Positions 19,808-28,880 of a DNA stretch of 64,000 bases are shown piece after piece (within the stretch, counting starts at the first letter, position 1; each line of letters starts with the position of its first letter). The stretch is taken from contig JAQUPP010000001.1 of the NCBI GenBank assembly GCA_028716665.1, positions 413,046 through 477,045 on the forward strand, read 5' to 3'. The stretch is from Patescibacteria group bacterium. Its GTDB lineage: Bacteria > Patescibacteriota > Patescibacteriia > UBA2591 > JAQUPP01. The notes under the pieces are model-generated. The model was not told the DNA's origin, did no database searches, and saw only the letters and a list, made by a program, of their open reading frames with translations. Position numbers and translations under genes: made by a program.

Positions 19808-20869
19808 ATGAGAATATTTTTAAGCGGCGGCGGCACAGGCGGTTCGGTCAGTCCGCTTTTAGCCATCAGCCAAGAAATAAAGAAACATAATCCGGAAGCA
19901 AAATTTTTATTTATCGGAACTCGCCAAGGTTTGCCGGAGAGGGAATTGGCTCAATCATACAATATTCCTTATCAACCGATTTTTTCCGGTAAATTGAGCC
20001 GTTATTTTTGTTGGCGCAATTTTGTTTCTCCATTTTTAATTATTGCAGGTTTTTTACAATCTGTTTTTTTAATTTTAAAATTTAAGCCAAAAGCTATTGT
20101 TTCGGCCGGGGGATTTGTCGCCGTGCCATTGGTTTGGGCCGGTTGGTTTTTCAGAACGCCGATTTTTATCCATCAACAAGATGTTATTCCGGGTTTAGCC
20201 AATAAATTAATGGCTCCTTTTGCTAAAATTATCACCGTCAGTTTGGAAAAATCGTTGAATGATTTTCTGAAAGAAAAAACCGTTTTGACCGGTAATCCGG
20301 TTCGCCCGGACATAAAAAATTATTCTCGAGAAAGAGCGATTAAAAGATTTGATTTGGAAACTAATTTGCCGACATTATTGGTTATCGGCGGCGGCACAGG
20401 CGCGGAAAATATCAATAAATTGATTAATAAAATTATTCCCGAATTGGTTAAATTTTGTCAGATAATTCACATAACAGGGAAAAGAAAAATACAAGTTGCG
20501 CAAACTCTAACTCATTATCATCAATACGAATTTTTAAACGAAGCGATGCCAGATGCTTTAACGATTGCCGATTTGATTATCAGCCGAGCCGGAATGGGAT
20601 TTCTAACCGAATTGTCAATTTTGGGAAAACCGGCGATTATAATTCCAATGCCGAATTCGCACCAAGAAATTAATGCTCAATATTTTGCCGAACAAAAGGC
20701 GATTGTTTTAATGGAAGAAAAAAATATCAATCATAAAATTTTATTTGATAAAATTCATCAATTGATTTTTGCCGCCAGCGAACGTTCTGTTTTGAGTTTG
20801 AATATTTCCAAATTGGCCAAGCCTGATGCCGCTTCCAAAATTGCGGAAATTATTTTGAAGAACATTTGA
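19808..20869 (+). CDS. murG: Undecaprenyldiphospho-muramoylpentapeptide GlcNAc transferase MurG
   Basis: GGGTGG, GGFVAVP, HQQDVIPGLAN, TGNPVR, SRAG, HQEINA. Confidence 0.93.
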   Translation: MRIFLSGGGTGGSVSPLLAISQEIKKHNPEAKFLFIGTRQGLPERELAQSYNIPYQPIFSGKLSRYFCWRNFVSPFLIIAGFLQSVFLILKFKPKAIVSAGGFVAVPLVWAGWFFRTPIFIHQQDVIPGLANKLMAPFAKIITVSLEKSLNDFLKEKTVLTGNPVRPDIKNYSRERAIKRFDLETNLPTLLVIGGGTGAENINKLINKIIPELVKFCQIIHITGKRKIQVAQTLTHYHQYEFLNEAMPDALTIADLIISRAGMGFLTELSILGKPAIIIPMPNSHQEINAQYFAEQKAIVLMEEKNINHKILFDKIHQLIFAASERSVLSLNISKLAKPDAASKIAEIILKNI

Positions 20870-20943
20870 CAAAAAGTAATAGTAGAATATAATAAGCAAT
20901 AGAAAAATAAAAAGTTTGCTCATTGGCAGACAAGGGGGATAAA

Positions 20944-21543
20944 ATGGCTCTTTTAAATTTTTTAGGTTTTTTAGGTCTTTGGTATGTTAAAGTAGTGATT
21001 TCGTTGTTTATTATTTTCATGATAATTTGTTTTATTCAGTCTATTGGGAATAAAATTTTGAAAAAACGTTTTCCCGATGACGCAGCTTTCATTAAGTACA
21101 TGAGACAATTCTATGGTTTCAAAGTTCTCCTTGATTATGCTGAATCAAAGGGTATAACCGTGAAAATGGGTGGAAGAAGAAATGGAAGTTGGGATATGGA
21201 AAATAAAATTATTACGATTGATATTGATACTGTTTTTAAGGAAAAATATCGGTTAATGGGGATGGCATTTTTCGCTCATCAAATCGGACACATTGAATCG
21301 TTTGATCCGCAAATTTCCGAATGCAGAAATAAATTAAGGGAAAAAAATTCCGATACGTACTTCATCTGTTACTATGAAGAAAAAATGGCATGGGAGGCAG
21401 GAAGTAAAATTTTGGATTGTTTGGAACTATTAATTCCCGAATATTGGCGATATTATGAACGTCAATGTCTAAATAATTTATGCCCTGATTTTCCTTGTCC
21501 CTTTTTCGAAAAGAATAATACCAAAGAGCCTCAAACAACATGA
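20944..21543 (+). CDS. Membrane-anchored zincin-like hypothetical protein (HQIGH)
   Basis: N-terminal TM, FAHQIGH, EEKMAW; paralog of next gene. Confidence 0.6.
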   Translation: MALLNFLGFLGLWYVKVVISLFIIFMIICFIQSIGNKILKKRFPDDAAFIKYMRQFYGFKVLLDYAESKGITVKMGGRRNGSWDMENKIITIDIDTVFKEKYRLMGMAFFAHQIGHIESFDPQISECRNKLREKNSDTYFICYYEEKMAWEAGSKILDCLELLIPEYWRYYERQCLNNLCPDFPCPFFEKNNTKEPQTT

Positions 21544-21665
21544 TAACGTGAAATTAAAAAATGCCCTCTGAAATCAGAGGGCATTTTAATATCTTGACAA
21601 AAACCGAAAAATGTGCTTAAATAATAGTAATCCAGACAATAAAGTTTGGAAACCAGGAGGAAATA

Positions 21666-22391
21666 ATGGATCTTTTAAAATCATTTATATTGGCAGTATT
21701 TATTGTTTCAATACCAAAGATATTAGAGGGAATGAGTTGGGTTCTTGCGTATATGGAAGTATTCATGAAATATTGGGTTTTTAGGCCGATTTATTACAAT
21801 CAGGTTTCTCGTCGACTTTATCCCAGACAAAATCGGAAACTGAAAAAATATCTGAGAAATTCACCGGTTTTTTCCAAGCTTTTGGCTTATGCCACATTAA
21901 ATGGGATAAAAGTGGAGAAGGGATGTTCTCGCAATCCTAACTGTGATTGGTCTGCTTGTACTTCAATCAGTACAGTTAAAGTTTACAATGTTAATGATGT
22001 TTATAGATTTAAACGTCAAGAAGAGGGGGTTTATTCTTTCGCGCACGAAATAGGGCATATTGAATTTCACAGAAATAAACCTACTCCAAAATGTTGGGAT
22101 GAGATGGAAAAAATTGAAGATCCTCCGCTCAGTTTTAAAGAAAAACTTGAAGCCTGGATAAAGAAAGATTCTGACAAATCTTGCGGATGTTTTTGGGACG
22201 AGTGGATGGGGTGGATATATGGTTATAATGCTCTCAGATCCGCGGGCGTGCCAATTAATGAAAAAAAATATTGGCGAATTGCTTTGAATTGTATTCCCCA
22301 ACATGAAGTTTGTCCTCTTTGGCCATTCGGATGCGAAAAGTTTAACGCCATTCAAACTCTAGAGAAGAAATATAGAGAAAAATTAAAATAA
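21666..22391 (+). CDS. Membrane-anchored HExxH (ImmA/IrrE-like) metallopeptidase
   Basis: FAHEIGH, DEWMGW, Cys-rich; own promoter and terminator. Confidence 0.65.
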   Translation: MDLLKSFILAVFIVSIPKILEGMSWVLAYMEVFMKYWVFRPIYYNQVSRRLYPRQNRKLKKYLRNSPVFSKLLAYATLNGIKVEKGCSRNPNCDWSACTSISTVKVYNVNDVYRFKRQEEGVYSFAHEIGHIEFHRNKPTPKCWDEMEKIEDPPLSFKEKLEAWIKKDSDKSCGCFWDEWMGWIYGYNALRSAGVPINEKKYWRIALNCIPQHEVCPLWPFGCEKFNAIQTLEKKYREKLK

Positions 22392-22541
22392 AAAGCCTCC
22401 TGAATTATAGGGGGCTTTTTTATATTATAATAATGCATTAATTTAAAAATTGGTCTTGACATTTTTGAAAAAATATGCTACAATAATATCAATACTGAGA
22501 AAGTTTTTGGCATAAAGCCAATGATTTAAAACTCGGTATAA

Positions 22542-23210
22542 ATGGGGGAAACGATGGATAAAAAATCTATCGGCGCAGAAACGGCCAAATTGGCTGGTCT
22601 GCATATGGACTGCAATATGAAGATCAAAGATCTTCAACTCGGTTTAGACGAATATGAATGTTTTCTAAACCTGACTTCAGAACAGCGTCAACAAGCCTTA
22701 GCACCTTTCAAAAAGGATTCGCGCTTCAAATTGGCTAATGCGTTTGAAATTGTCGTGCCAAAGGGGTATGACCACGCCACTCGTTTGACTGTTTTCAAAG
22801 CAACACACGGTAAAGAGTTTTATTATTACAATCCTGAAATCACTGACAAGAATTTTGATAAAGCGACGACAAAACTTTTACCCGGTCGGAAATTTAAAGT
22901 AAAAGTTTTTCAGATTACGGAAACAGTAAATTCAGAGGACTGTTTGAAATTTCTCAAAACGCAGAAAGCTGTTTTAACCGGAGCTCAGGGCGCGTCATTG
23001 GTTTATGAACTTGCCAAAAACAAGTTGCCAAAGGGCCATTGGTATATTTCATTTGATAAGAAAGATTCTCTTTGGATTGAATCTGGCGGTGTTCACCGCG
23101 TGCCGGGCGTCTTCCGCCGCTCGGATGGCGACTTCGAGTTCTACCTCGGCAACTTTGAGCATGGCTGGGACGACGACTGCTGCTTGCTCTGCTTCTGCGA
23201 CTGTGATTGA
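22542..23210 (+). CDS. Hypothetical protein, probable DGR target
   Basis: AT-rich body with abrupt GC-rich, A-poor, NNC-rich last 40 codons. Confidence 0.7.
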   Translation: MGETMDKKSIGAETAKLAGLHMDCNMKIKDLQLGLDEYECFLNLTSEQRQQALAPFKKDSRFKLANAFEIVVPKGYDHATRLTVFKATHGKEFYYYNPEITDKNFDKATTKLLPGRKFKVKVFQITETVNSEDCLKFLKTQKAVLTGAQGASLVYELAKNKLPKGHWYISFDKKDSLWIESGGVHRVPGVFRRSDGDFEFYLGNFEHGWDDDCCLLCFCDCD

Positions 23211-23226
23211 TTAGAAAATTAAATTC

Positions 23227-23257
23227 AGACCTCCTGTTTCGACAGGAGGTCTTTTTT
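23227..23257 (+). terminator. Hairpin/terminator after putative DGR target
   Basis: AGACCTCCTGT-TTCG-ACAGGAGGTCT then T tract. Confidence 0.75.
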
Positions 23258-23286
23258 ATTTATAAAAAAAGTGTAGAATATTAATC

Positions 23287-23556
23287 ATGCCCGCCCAAAT
23301 TTTTTATTACGTATACATTTTGCGCAGTTTAAAAGATAGTAAATTTTATATTGGCTTTACAAAAGATTTAAGAAGAAGACTAGAAGAACACAATAATAAA
23401 ATGTCTACATCTACTAAATCAAGAGCGCCATTTACTTTGGTTTATTATGAAGCATATCTTCATTCAGGAGATGCCAAAGAACGAGAAAGATTTTTTAAAT
23501 CTGGGTGGGGTAGAAATTATATTAAAAAATCACTTAAACGTTATTTATGTCAATAA
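23287..23556 (+). CDS. Small GIY-YIG nuclease
   Basis: YYVYILRSLKD..FYIGFT..RRLEEHN..YEAY..RERFFKSG. Confidence 0.9.
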   Translation: MPAQIFYYVYILRSLKDSKFYIGFTKDLRRRLEEHNNKMSTSTKSRAPFTLVYYEAYLHSGDAKERERFFKSGWGRNYIKKSLKRYLCQ

Positions 23557-23570
23557 AAAATTTAGGCGGG
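23290..23570 (+). mobile_element. TIR-bounded GIY-YIG mini-element inserted at the murC start
   Basis: 19-bp TIR CCCGCCCAAATTTTTTATT / AATAAAAAATTTAGGCGGG (1 mismatch) enclosing only the nuclease gene. Confidence 0.85.
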
Positions 23571-25022
23571 AAAAAAATACATTTTATCGGCTTGGGTGGA
23601 ATCGGGGTAAGCGCTCTGGCAAAAATGATGATTCAACAGGGCAAAAAAGTTTTTGGCTCTGATTTGAATTCTTCCGAAATAATCAAGAAACTGGAAAAAA
23701 TGGGAGTTAAATTTTATCAAGGCCATAAAGCGGAAAATTTGTCAGCTGATATTGATTTGGTTATTTATTCGCCGGCCGTGGAAAAAAATAATCCGGAAAG
23801 AATAAAAGCGAAAAAATTATCCATTCCCGAATTTTCTTATCCGGAATTTTTAGGAGAATTAAGCAAAGAAAAATTCACTATTGCTGTCAGCGGCACGCAT
23901 GGCAAATCAACCACTACGGCGATTTTGGGTTTGATTTTGGAACAAGCCAAATTGGATCCGTTAGTGATTGTCGGAAGTAAGGTGCCTCAATGGAATGGAA
24001 ATTTACGCATATCACGGACTAATACGGACTCAACGCGGACCAACACGGACAGTCAGCGTAAGTCAGTGTCAGGTCAGTGTCAGTCTGTGTTTGTGGTGGA
24101 AGCTTGCGAATGGCGGGCGCATATGTTGAATTTATCGCCCAAAATGATTGTTTTGAATAATTTGGAATTGGATCATACTGATTATTATAAAGACATCGAT
24201 CATTTAATTAGAACTTTTAAAACATATATTAAAAAATTGCCCAAAGACGGAGTTATAATTTTAAACGTTGACGATGTTAATTTGACCAAGCTTAAATCAA
24301 AAAACAAGACCATAACTTTTGGCATTAAAAATCACGCCGAAGTAATGGCGAAAAATATTATTACCAAACACGGCGAGCAAATTTTTGATTTATGTTTTAA
24401 GGGTAAAACTTACAATTTCCGGTTGAAAGTTCCGGGAATTTTTAATGTTTATAATGTTTTGGCGGCAACAGCCGGCGCTTTGGCATTGGGCGTTAAACCC
24501 GAAATAATTAAAAAATCCGTAGAAAATTTCTACGGGATTTGGCGAAGATTTGAGAAAATAGGGGAATATAAAAAAGCGATTATTATTTCCGATTATGCTC
24601 ATCATCCGACTGCTGTTTCCGGCACTATTCAAGCGGCTAAAGAATTTTACCCAGGAAAAAGAATCGTGGCAATATTTCAGCCTCATCATCACAATCGGAC
24701 TAAAAAATTATTTAAGGAGTTTATCAAGTGTTTTAAAGGCGCTGACCTGACAATCATTTCGGAAATTTACGATGTAGCGGGTCGAGAAGAAGAAAAAGAT
24801 CAAGATGTCAGTTCAAAAGATTTGGTTAAAGCAATCCGCGCCAGATATGAAAAAATTCCAAATTCCAAATTCCAAATTCCAAATTCTAAAAATGTTTTAT
24901 ATGCTAAAAATTTAGTAGAAGTTAAACAACTAATATTAAAGAACATAAAGCCAGGTGACGTAATCCTTGTCATGGGCGCAGGGGATATTTATCAAATTGC
25001 CAATGATTTGGTAAAAAGATAA
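23547..25022 (+). CDS. murC: UDP-N-acetylmuramate--L-alanine ligase MurC
   Basis: IHFIGLGGIGVS, GTHGKSTTT, DYAHHP, FQPH, MGAGDI. Confidence 0.95.
   Translation: MSIKNLGGKKIHFIGLGGIGVSALAKMMIQQGKKVFGSDLNSSEIIKKLEKMGVKFYQGHKAENLSADIDLVIYSPAVEKNNPERIKAKKLSIPEFSYPEFLGELSKEKFTIAVSGTHGKSTTTAILGLILEQAKLDPLVIVGSKVPQWNGNLRISRTNTDSTRTNTDSQRKSVSGQCQSVFVVEACEWRAHMLNLSPKMIVLNNLELDHTDYYKDIDHLIRTFKTYIKKLPKDGVIILNVDDVNLTKLKSKNKTITFGIKNHAEVMAKNIITKHGEQIFDLCFKGKTYNFRLKVPGIFNVYNVLAATAGALALGVKPEIIKKSVENFYGIWRRFEKIGEYKKAIIISDYAHHPTAVSGTIQAAKEFYPGKRIVAIFQPHHHNRTKKLFKEFIKCFKGADLTIISEIYDVAGREEEKDQDVSSKDLVKAIRARYEKIPNSKFQIPNSKNVLYAKNLVEVKQLILKNIKPGDVILVMGAGDIYQIANDLVKR
24013..24089. repeat. In-frame palindromic array of ~10-bp units inside murC
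   Basis: 4x (CA)CGGAC-like units followed by 4x inverted GTCAGTG-like units; encodes SRTNTDSTRTNTDSQRKSVSGQCQSV. Confidence 0.75.
24853..24887. repeat. AAATTCC heptamer x5 inside murC
   Basis: (AAATTCC)4 AAATTCT encoding KIPNSKFQIPNSK. Confidence 0.8.
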
Positions 25023-25056
25023 TTGGGATTTATTTGAAAAAGTTTTCCACAGATTA

Positions 25057-25083
25057 TTAGCACTCGGACTTGACGAGTGCTAA
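25057..25083. promoter_or_regulatory. CIRCE operator (HrcA site) overlapping the -35 box
   Basis: TTAGCACTC-N9-GAGTGCTAA perfect; TTGACG 25070-75 and TACAAT 25093-98, 17-bp spacer. Confidence 0.96.
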
Positions 25084-25111
25084 TTTTTAGTCTACAATAT
25101 TTTTTTGTATG

Positions 25112-25239
25112 CCAGGTAGTGAAAATTTGGTTAATAATCAATAAAGACAAGATTTTTACAAGCTGGCTTTTTAAAGAAATAAATTTATATTTTAAAAATA
25201 AATATAAAATTTAATAAATATCAAATTTCTACTACCTGG
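25112..25239. mobile_element. Non-autonomous TATG-targeting MITE in hrcA leader
   Basis: TIR CCAGGTAGTGAAAATTTG / CAAATTTCTACTACCTGG, TATG duplicated (25108-11, 25240-43). Confidence 0.88.
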
Positions 25240-25240
25240 T

Positions 25241-25975
25241 ATGTTAACTCAAAGGCAAAATCAATTGCTTAAAACCATTGTCTCTCAATATATTAAAACC
25301 GCGGAGCCGGTTAGTTCAGAGTCATTGGCTGATAAATATAGATTGTCGGCCCAAGGCCGATCCGCCTCGGGCGGAAAAATAAGTCCGGCTACTATTCGCA
25401 ATGAGATGATGGAATTAACCAAAGAAAATTTTTTAATCCAGCCGCATACTTCGGCCGGCCGTATTCCCACTGAGAAGGCCTATCATTATTATATTAAAAA
25501 TTTTTTACAGCAAGAAGAAGTCAGCCAAATTGAAAAAAGAAAATTAAACAGCGCCAGAAAAGAAAATCAGTCTTTGGAAATTTCAGCCAAGAGAATCGGC
25601 GAGAAAATAGCGGAGTTGACCAACGGATTGGTTATTTTGGCTTTTGATAAAGATAATTTTTATTACACCGGCCTTTCTTCCTTGTTTAGCCAACCAGAAT
25701 TCAATCAAATGGAAGTTGTTTATAATGTTTCGCAAATTATAGATCATTTGGATCAAACCGTTGCCAAAATTTTTGACGAAATAGAAAGCAATCACCGCGT
25801 TTTTTTGGGACGAAGCAACCCGTTTGGTGATTTTTGCGGAACAATTTTAATCAAATATCATACACCAAATCAAAAAAGGGGCGTAGTATTGGGTCTTTTG
25901 GGACCGATGAGAATGGATTACAACAGAAATATCGCTTTAATAGAATATGCCAAAGAGATATTGGACAAAGTTTAG
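25241..25975 (+). CDS. hrcA: Heat-inducible repressor HrcA (short form)
   Basis: YIKTAEPVSS, SPATIRNEM, PHTSAGRIPT, GPMRMDY; CIRCE upstream. Confidence 0.93.
   Translation: MLTQRQNQLLKTIVSQYIKTAEPVSSESLADKYRLSAQGRSASGGKISPATIRNEMMELTKENFLIQPHTSAGRIPTEKAYHYYIKNFLQQEEVSQIEKRKLNSARKENQSLEISAKRIGEKIAELTNGLVILAFDKDNFYYTGLSSLFSQPEFNQMEVVYNVSQIIDHLDQTVAKIFDEIESNHRVFLGRSNPFGDFCGTILIKYHTPNQKRGVVLGLLGPMRMDYNRNIALIEYAKEILDKV
25346..25375. repeat. 30-bp in-frame double hairpin (SAQGRSASGG) in hrcA
   Basis: TCGGCCCAAGGCCGA-TCCGCCTCGGGCGGA, identical to 42981-43010. Confidence 0.9.
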
Positions 25976-25992
25976 AAATTAAAAATTTTATT

Positions 25993-26286
25993 ATGCCAGG
26001 TAGTGAAACTTTGATAACGATTATGTTTTATTATGTCTATGTTTTACAAAGTATAAAAAATAATGGCCTTTATGTGGGTTATACTTTAGATTTAAAGAAA
26101 AGATTACAAGAACATAATCGTAAATTAAATTTTTCTACCAAAGCAAATATCCCATGGAAACTTATTCACTATGAAGCCTATCTTAATAAAGACGATGCGC
26201 AACGTCGAGAGAAATATCTCAAAACTTCTCAAGGAGCCAGATTATTAAAGCGCATGCTTAAAGAATATTTTTATAATAATAAATAA
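25993..26286 (+). CDS. Small GIY-YIG nuclease (start 25993 or 26023)
   Basis: YYVYVLQS..LYVGYT..KRLQEHN..YEAY..REKYLKT. Confidence 0.9.
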   Translation: MPGSETLITIMFYYVYVLQSIKNNGLYVGYTLDLKKRLQEHNRKLNFSTKANIPWKLIHYEAYLNKDDAQRREKYLKTSQGARLLKRMLKEYFYNNK

Positions 26287-26305
26287 TCAAAGTTCTACTA
26301 CCTGG
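25996..26305 (+). mobile_element. TIR-bounded GIY-YIG mini-element with TATG target duplication
   Basis: 20-bp TIR CCAGGTAGTGAAACTTTGAT / ATCAAAGTTCTACTACCTGG, TATG at 25992-95 and 26306-09. Confidence 0.9.
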
Positions 26306-26306
26306 T

Positions 26307-26837
26307 ATGTCAGATGAAGAAATAAAAAAATTGCAAGAAGAAATCGAATTAATGAAGCAACAAGCGGAAGAATATTTAAACGGCTGGAAAAGAACCAAGG
26401 CCGATTATCTTAATCGCGAAAAAGAAATTGATAAAGAAAAAATTGAATGGATAAAATTCGCCAATTTGGAATTAATTTTGAATTTTTTGCCGATTATGGA
26501 CAGCTTTGATCACTCGGTAAAAAATTTAACGGAAATAGAAAACAGTGGTTTGACAAGCTCACCACGAGATGGTTCGACTTCTTCGACAAGCTCAGGGCAA
26601 GCAAGCTCACCACAAGGCGAGTGGGCAAATGGCGTTTTAAAAATCAAAGACCAATTTGAAAGTTTTTTAAAAGCGCAGGGCGTTGAAAAAATAAAAACTT
26701 TGGGAGAAAAATTCGACCCCATGTTTCACGAAGCAATTGGCAAACAAGGGGAAGAGAATGAAATTGTTGAAGAAATTCAAAGCGGATACGTGATGCACGG
26801 CCGAGTTATCAGACCGGCGAAAGTAATAATTAAGTAA
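26307..26837 (+). CDS. grpE: Nucleotide exchange factor GrpE
   Basis: RTKADYLN, FDPMFHEA, GYVMHGRVIRPAKV. Confidence 0.94.
   Translation: MSDEEIKKLQEEIELMKQQAEEYLNGWKRTKADYLNREKEIDKEKIEWIKFANLELILNFLPIMDSFDHSVKNLTEIENSGLTSSPRDGSTSSTSSGQASSPQGEWANGVLKIKDQFESFLKAQGVEKIKTLGEKFDPMFHEAIGKQGEENEIVEEIQSGYVMHGRVIRPAKVIIK
26546..26616 (+). repeat. In-frame TTCGACAAGCTCA repeat insertion in grpE
   Basis: GGTTTGACAAGCTCACCACGAG followed by nested GGTTCGAC..CTTCGACAAGCTCAG..AAGCTCACCACAAG. Confidence 0.82.
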
Positions 26838-26868
26838 ATTTAATAATTAATTTGTAAATAATAAATAT

Positions 26869-28809
26869 ATGTCAAAAATTATAGGAATTGACTTAGGAAC
26901 ATCTAACTCAGCTGCTTCTTACATGGAAGCGGGCAAATCAAAAATAATTCCCTCAGCCGAAGGGACAACTTTAGTTGGCGGAAAAGCTTTTCCGTCATAC
27001 GTCGCTTTCACAAAAGAAGGCGAACTTTTAGTCGGTGAACCGGCTCGTCGTCAAGCAGTGGCTAATCCGGAAGGCACAATTTTGGCCGCAAAAAGAAAAA
27101 TGGGCACTGACTTCAAATATAATATTTTCGGCAAAGAATACACGCCTCAGCAAATTTCCGCTTTTATTTTGCAAAAAATAAAAAAAGACGCGGAAATGTA
27201 TTTGGGCGATAAAGTGGAAAAAGCGGTTGTGACCGTGCCGGCTTATTTTAATGACGCGCAAAGACAAGCAACCAAAGATGCCGGAGCGATTGCCGGACTT
27301 GAAATCGTCCGTTTGGTTAATGAACCGACCGCGGCCAGTTTGGCTTACGGTTTGGATAAAGTTCAGGAAAAAGATCAGCAAGTTTTGGTTTTTGATCTCG
27401 GCGGCGGAACATTGGATGTGACGATTATGAATTTCGGCCAAGGCGTTTTTGAAGTTCGTTCCACTTCCGGCGACACCAAACTCGGCGGCACGGATATGGA
27501 TGAATCTTTGATAAATTATATAATTGATGAATTTAAAAAAGAGCAAGGCGTTGATTTGAAAGCTGACAAAATGGTAACCCAGAGAGTCAAGGAAGCGGCT
27601 GAAAAAGCGAAAATTGAATTGTCTTCAGCTCTGGAAACGGAAATTAATTTGCCGTTTATTACCGCCACCAACGAAGGACCGAAACATTTATTGATGAAAA
27701 TCACCCGGGCGAAATTGGAAGAATTGGTTAAACCGATTGTTGATCGCTGTCGTGTTTCAATTGAACAGGCGATTTCAGACGCCAAACTTACCCCCGCTAA
27801 TATTGAAAAAGTTATTTTAGTCGGCGGTCCGACCAGAATGCCGATTGTCCAGAAATTTATTGAAAATATTTTCGGCCCGAAAATCGCTCGAGGCGTTGAC
27901 CCGATGGAATGCGTGGCCATGGGCGCGGCAATTCAAGGCGCGATTTTAGCCGGCGAAACAGAAGTCAAAGACGTTCTATTATTGGACGTCACGCCGCTTA
28001 CTTTAGGCATTGAAACTTTAGGCGGAGTAATGACGCCGATTATTGACCGCAATGCGACTATTCCAACTTCAAAATCTCAGGTTTTTTCTACTGCAGCTGA
28101 CAATCAAACTTCAGTGGAAATTCATGTTTTGCAGGGAGAAAGACCGATGGCCGGCGACAACCGGACTTTAGGTAGATTTATTTTGGACGGCATTCCGCCG
28201 TCTCCAAGAGGCATTCCTCAAGTTGAAGTCGGTTTTGATTTGGACGCAAACGGTATTTTAACCGTCACGGCAAAAGATAAGGCCACTTCAAAATCTCAGC
28301 ATATTACCATTAAAGATACTTCCGCGCTTTCCAAAGAAGAAATTGAAAAAATGAAAAAAGCAGCCGAGCAATTTGCCGCTGAAGACAGAAATAAAAAAGA
28401 AATAATCGAATTGAGAAATCAATCCGACACTTTAATTTATACTTGCGAAAAAAGTTTAAAAGACGGCGGCGATAAAATTCCGGCTGATGTCAAAAAGCAA
28501 GTTGAAGACAAGGTTGCTGAATTGAAAAAAGTCAAAGACGCGAATGATATTGAAGTGATTAAAAAAGCGATTCAAGATTTGGGCGACACGGTTCAAAAAA
28601 TCGGCGCGGCGATGTATGGTTCGACCTCTTCGACAGGCTCAGAGCAAGCAGGCTCACCACAAGATGGTTCGGCCTCTTCGACAGGCTCAGAGCAAGCAGG
28701 CTCACCACAAGCCCCGGGTGCTCAACCAGAAGCCGGTCCGACAGAAGAAAAAAAGAAGGATGAAGGACCGATTGAAGGGGAATATACGGAAGAAAAACCT
28801 AAATCCTAA
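26869..28809 (+). CDS. dnaK: Chaperone DnaK
   Basis: [39 protein letters not shown]. Confidence 0.98.
   Translation: MSKIIGIDLGTSNSAASYMEAGKSKIIPSAEGTTLVGGKAFPSYVAFTKEGELLVGEPARRQAVANPEGTILAAKRKMGTDFKYNIFGKEYTPQQISAFILQKIKKDAEMYLGDKVEKAVVTVPAYFNDAQRQATKDAGAIAGLEIVRLVNEPTAASLAYGLDKVQEKDQQVLVFDLGGGTLDVTIMNFGQGVFEVRSTSGDTKLGGTDMDESLINYIIDEFKKEQGVDLKADKMVTQRVKEAAEKAKIELSSALETEINLPFITATNEGPKHLLMKITRAKLEELVKPIVDRCRVSIEQAISDAKLTPANIEKVILVGGPTRMPIVQKFIENIFGPKIARGVDPMECVAMGAAIQGAILAGETEVKDVLLLDVTPLTLGIETLGGVMTPIIDRNATIPTSKSQVFSTAADNQTSVEIHVLQGERPMAGDNRTLGRFILDGIPPSPRGIPQVEVGFDLDANGILTVTAKDKATSKSQHITIKDTSALSKEEIEKMKKAAEQFAAEDRNKKEIIELRNQSDTLIYTCEKSLKDGGDKIPADVKKQVEDKVAELKKVKDANDIEVIKKAIQDLGDTVQKIGAAMYGSTSSTGSEQAGSPQDGSASSTGSEQAGSPQAPGAQPEAGPTEEKKKDEGPIEGEYTEEKPKS
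28616..28711 (+). repeat. 2x48-bp in-frame nested repeat in DnaK tail
   Basis: ATGGTTCG(A/G)CCTCTTCGACAGGCTCAGAGCAAGCAGGCTCACCACAAG twice. Confidence 0.88.
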
Positions 28810-28880
28810 TATCTAAAAAATTTTAATGTCTAAACTCAAAAAGTTTAGACATTAAAATTTTGAGTTAATTAATAAAAAAT

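Noticed and set aside
22542-23252. Complete DGR locus
   Set aside because: No RT, Avd or template repeat in the window; only a candidate remote target is claimed
25834-25992. 150-aa version of the GIY-YIG ORF
   Set aside because: Overlaps hrcA and extends outside the element; start is 25993 or 26023
27028-27920. Antisense/overlapping ORFs (here and e.g. 2365, 15993, 35780, 38894, 54578)
   Set aside because: Shadows of well-supported genes without RBS or motifs
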